Shown piece after piece: positions 61,402 through 64,000 of a stretch of DNA of 64,000 nt (positions are counted from its first letter, which is position 1; the number at the start of each line of letters is the position of its first letter). The notes below the pieces were generated by a model. The model worked only from the letters and a program-made list of their open reading frames with translations. It ran no database searches and was not told the DNA's origin. The translations under genes were made by a program, and so were the position numbers. The DNA is from Amoebidium appalachense. Lineage: Eukaryota; Protista; Ichthyosporea. The DNA lies in assembly GCA_963693365.1 (NCBI GenBank), contig CAVNZM010000001.1:19290125-19354124 (forward strand). Reading direction: 5' to 3'.

Positions 61402-61918
61402 ACAACCACCACCACCACCACCACCATTGCCCCCCAACACGCACGCACGCACGCACGCGTGCAGACACAACTTGCCAATATGATTTCCTCTTTGCTGCCA
61501 ACTCCTTTGTTCCCTTTTTATGCCCCTCTTCTGTCTTCATTGTTCTGTCCCTTTTAACTCCACCTATAATTCTTATTCGTGCACATGCACACACAAACTT
61601 ACCCACATGCACAGACCCTCCCAACCCTTCCCCGACCTCTCTGCACCCCACCTCTCTCCCCCCCCCCCCCCCTCCTCCCCCCCCACCCCCACACACAACC
61701 TACAGCTCCATTCCAACCCCCTCCCCCCTTCTACCACTTTCCAAACCTCCCTTACCCCCCCTCCCTCCTACCCCCCCCCCCCCCCCCCCCCTCCCCCCCT
61801 TCATCACACACACCTGCAGGCCATTAGCCTCCTCCACCAACCGTGCCCTAAACATGTTCAAAGCTGCCCGTCTCTCCTTCAGCCGCTTGATGTGGTCAAT
61901 GGACCGCTTGAGAACCTC

Positions 61919-61968
<50 letters not shown>

Positions 61969-62051
61969 ACGACTGTGTGTTTGACAAGCGTGTCCATGTG
62001 TCAGATCCTCGAGTGAGTGCGTGTGCACCAGCGCACGGGGTGACGACCGCC

Positions 62052-62088
<37 letters not shown>

Positions 62089-63431
62089 GGGAGGGGGGGG
62101 GGGGGGGGAGGGTAGAATTCATTCATTCCCCACGGACAACACAATCCAAAACTTACAATTTTTTTTGTAAAAACACACATTGAGTATGTGTGCACCATAG
62201 TAGAGCCCATTCTCAGTGAGGCCAAAGTCGTCCACAGAAGGAAGGAAGGGGGGGGGGAAGGGGGGGATGTCATGTATGTGTGTGAAAGTTGTGTGGTGAT
62301 GTGGTGTGATTTGCTTGGGTGAGTAGATGGTAGGTAGGGTACTGGTGTGATGGGTGCGCACGTGGCCCTCCGCAGGGGGGGGGGGGGGGGGGGGTTGTAC
62401 CATGGTATTGGTACCATTAGAGCTGGGCTTGTTCTTCTCTGCTGGGGCTGACGAATCGGGGGGGCCAATGCTGGGCAGGGTGGCCTGAAGGAGGCTCAGA
62501 GACTCACGCATAGAATGCCGCCGTGACTTCTCGAGATCGTTGCGCTTCAGCCGATCCTGCTCACGTGATGGGCCTGTGTGCGATGGAAATTACATAATCG
62601 ATTAACACGATGTTTGTCGGGCAAAAATACTTATAAAATGTGGGATTTGCTTACTTGTATTTAAAACTGAGCCAGTATATCTCCAGCAACCATATCACCC
62701 ACTTGTATCCTACAGAGTCAGTATATGTCCCCAGTACCCACATACCCTCCAACAACCCAAACTCCCATCCATGTCCATATGAAACACTATACTATATATA
62801 TATACAAGATTTAGGAAGGCCCACCCACAACTTTTGGAGCCAGTATATCTCCCACACCCACCATATCCCACCTACATCCACACCAATACGTATATCTCCC
62901 CACACCCATAATATCCAACCTACAACCACACCAACACGTATATCTCCCACACCCATCATATCCCACCAACATCCACACCAACACGTACGTCTCCCACACC
63001 CATAATATCCCACCTACATCCACACCAACACGTATATCTCCCACACCCATAATATCCCACCTACATCCACACCAACACGTATATCTCCCACACCCATAAT
63101 ATCCCACCTACATCCACACCAACACGTACGTCTCTCACACCCATGTCCACATAAACCAGAACATATTTCCAGCTTACACATGGCCCACCCACCTCCATTT
63201 TCGCTTGCCTGCCTCTTCTTGCGCCCCATCATCTTCAATTTTCCTGCACCCTCCGACAATGCACGACAAATCACGGATTTTGTTGGGTACGGACTGCTCG
63301 TGCTGCTGGAAACTTGAACGGGGGGTTCCAAAGACGAGGGCGTCTCCGGTGCGGCGGGGGTTTGTGGACAACTTTCCGTCTTTGAAAGGTTTAGGATGTC
63401 GGATTCCGGTTCTGAACTCGGGCACAAGTGC

Positions 63432-63508
<77 letters not shown>

Positions 63509-63632
63509 GCGCACGTGTATGTAAGTGGTGTGTTGGCGCATGTGCCTGCATTCGGGTTTGTTACGCATGGGTAAATGCACATGTCCATCGATGGTCTGTC
63601 ATCACACAAACCATAAACCTGCACACCTCCAT
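61231..63632 (-). CDS. Mxd/Mad/Mnt-like bHLH-leucine zipper transcription factor (Myc/Max network)
   Basis: Exons 63632-63627 (ATG GAG, uncertain), 63433-63193, 62573-62401, 61921-61814, 61281-61231 join in phase: DRLKRNDLEKSRRHSMRESLSLLQATLP-loop-TMVEVLKRSIDHIKRLKERRAALNMFRARLVEEANGLQNRLGQL. Confidence 0.75.
62843..63143. repeat. 47-bp intronic minisatellite (ATATCTCCCACACCCATAATATCCCACCTACATCCACACCAACACGT), about 6 copies
   Basis: Direct reading of tandem units. Confidence 0.92.
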
Positions 63633-63752
63633 TGCACACTAGCAGACATGGTGGCATATAAAGTCAACAGACACAACAGACTCAACCATGCATTCGAGGA
63701 TAATATGGAGGGAGAGAGGAGAGGGAGGGGAGGAGGGGGAGGGGAAGTTGGA

Positions 63753-63789
<37 letters not shown>

Positions 63790-64000
63790 GACACAGAGAA
63801 AGACGGGGTGAGAGGGGGATGATCGCAAACATTGAGCATCTACCTTGGCTCAGATTGAAAGCAGCCGGGGTGCAAGGCACGGGTAATCGAGAGGGAAACA
63901 AGAGAAACACAAATTGCAAGGTGTGTGGGTGGAGGAGGGAAGGTATGGGATTATGTTGGGGTGGATGGGTTATGGGGGGGGGGGGGGGGGGGGGGGGGGG

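Overview
Eukaryotic, intron-rich genomic DNA packed with (CA)n/(GT)n, (GA)n and poly-C/poly-G tracts; most of the supplied ORF track is microsatellite noise. Gene content (AF4/FMR2-like protein, Mxd/Mnt-like bHLH-ZIP) suggests a unicellular holozoan such as an ichthyosporean, which is inference only. Hand-assembled spliced genes: an AFF/Lilliputian-like elongation-complex scaffold (+, 14 exons, 5' end not seen), RPA3 (+, 4 exons, E2F sites upstream), PIGA (-, 15 exons, with an intronic intron-containing tRNA-Tyr), riboflavin kinase (-), an unknown single-pass membrane protein (-), a poorly resolved multi-exon gene (-), a secreted 11-domain SdrD-B/Cna-B-like adhesin (+) and an Mxd/Mnt-like factor (-). 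There is also a hAT-type MITE and several minisatellites. The most unusual signal is a three-copy, ~160-170 nt structured element (2950-3118 +, 8446-8603 +, 39141-39310 -) with covarying helices, two palindromic loops and all conserved hammerhead-ribozyme core nucleotides. Its three core strands are in an order that matches none of hammerhead types I, II or III.
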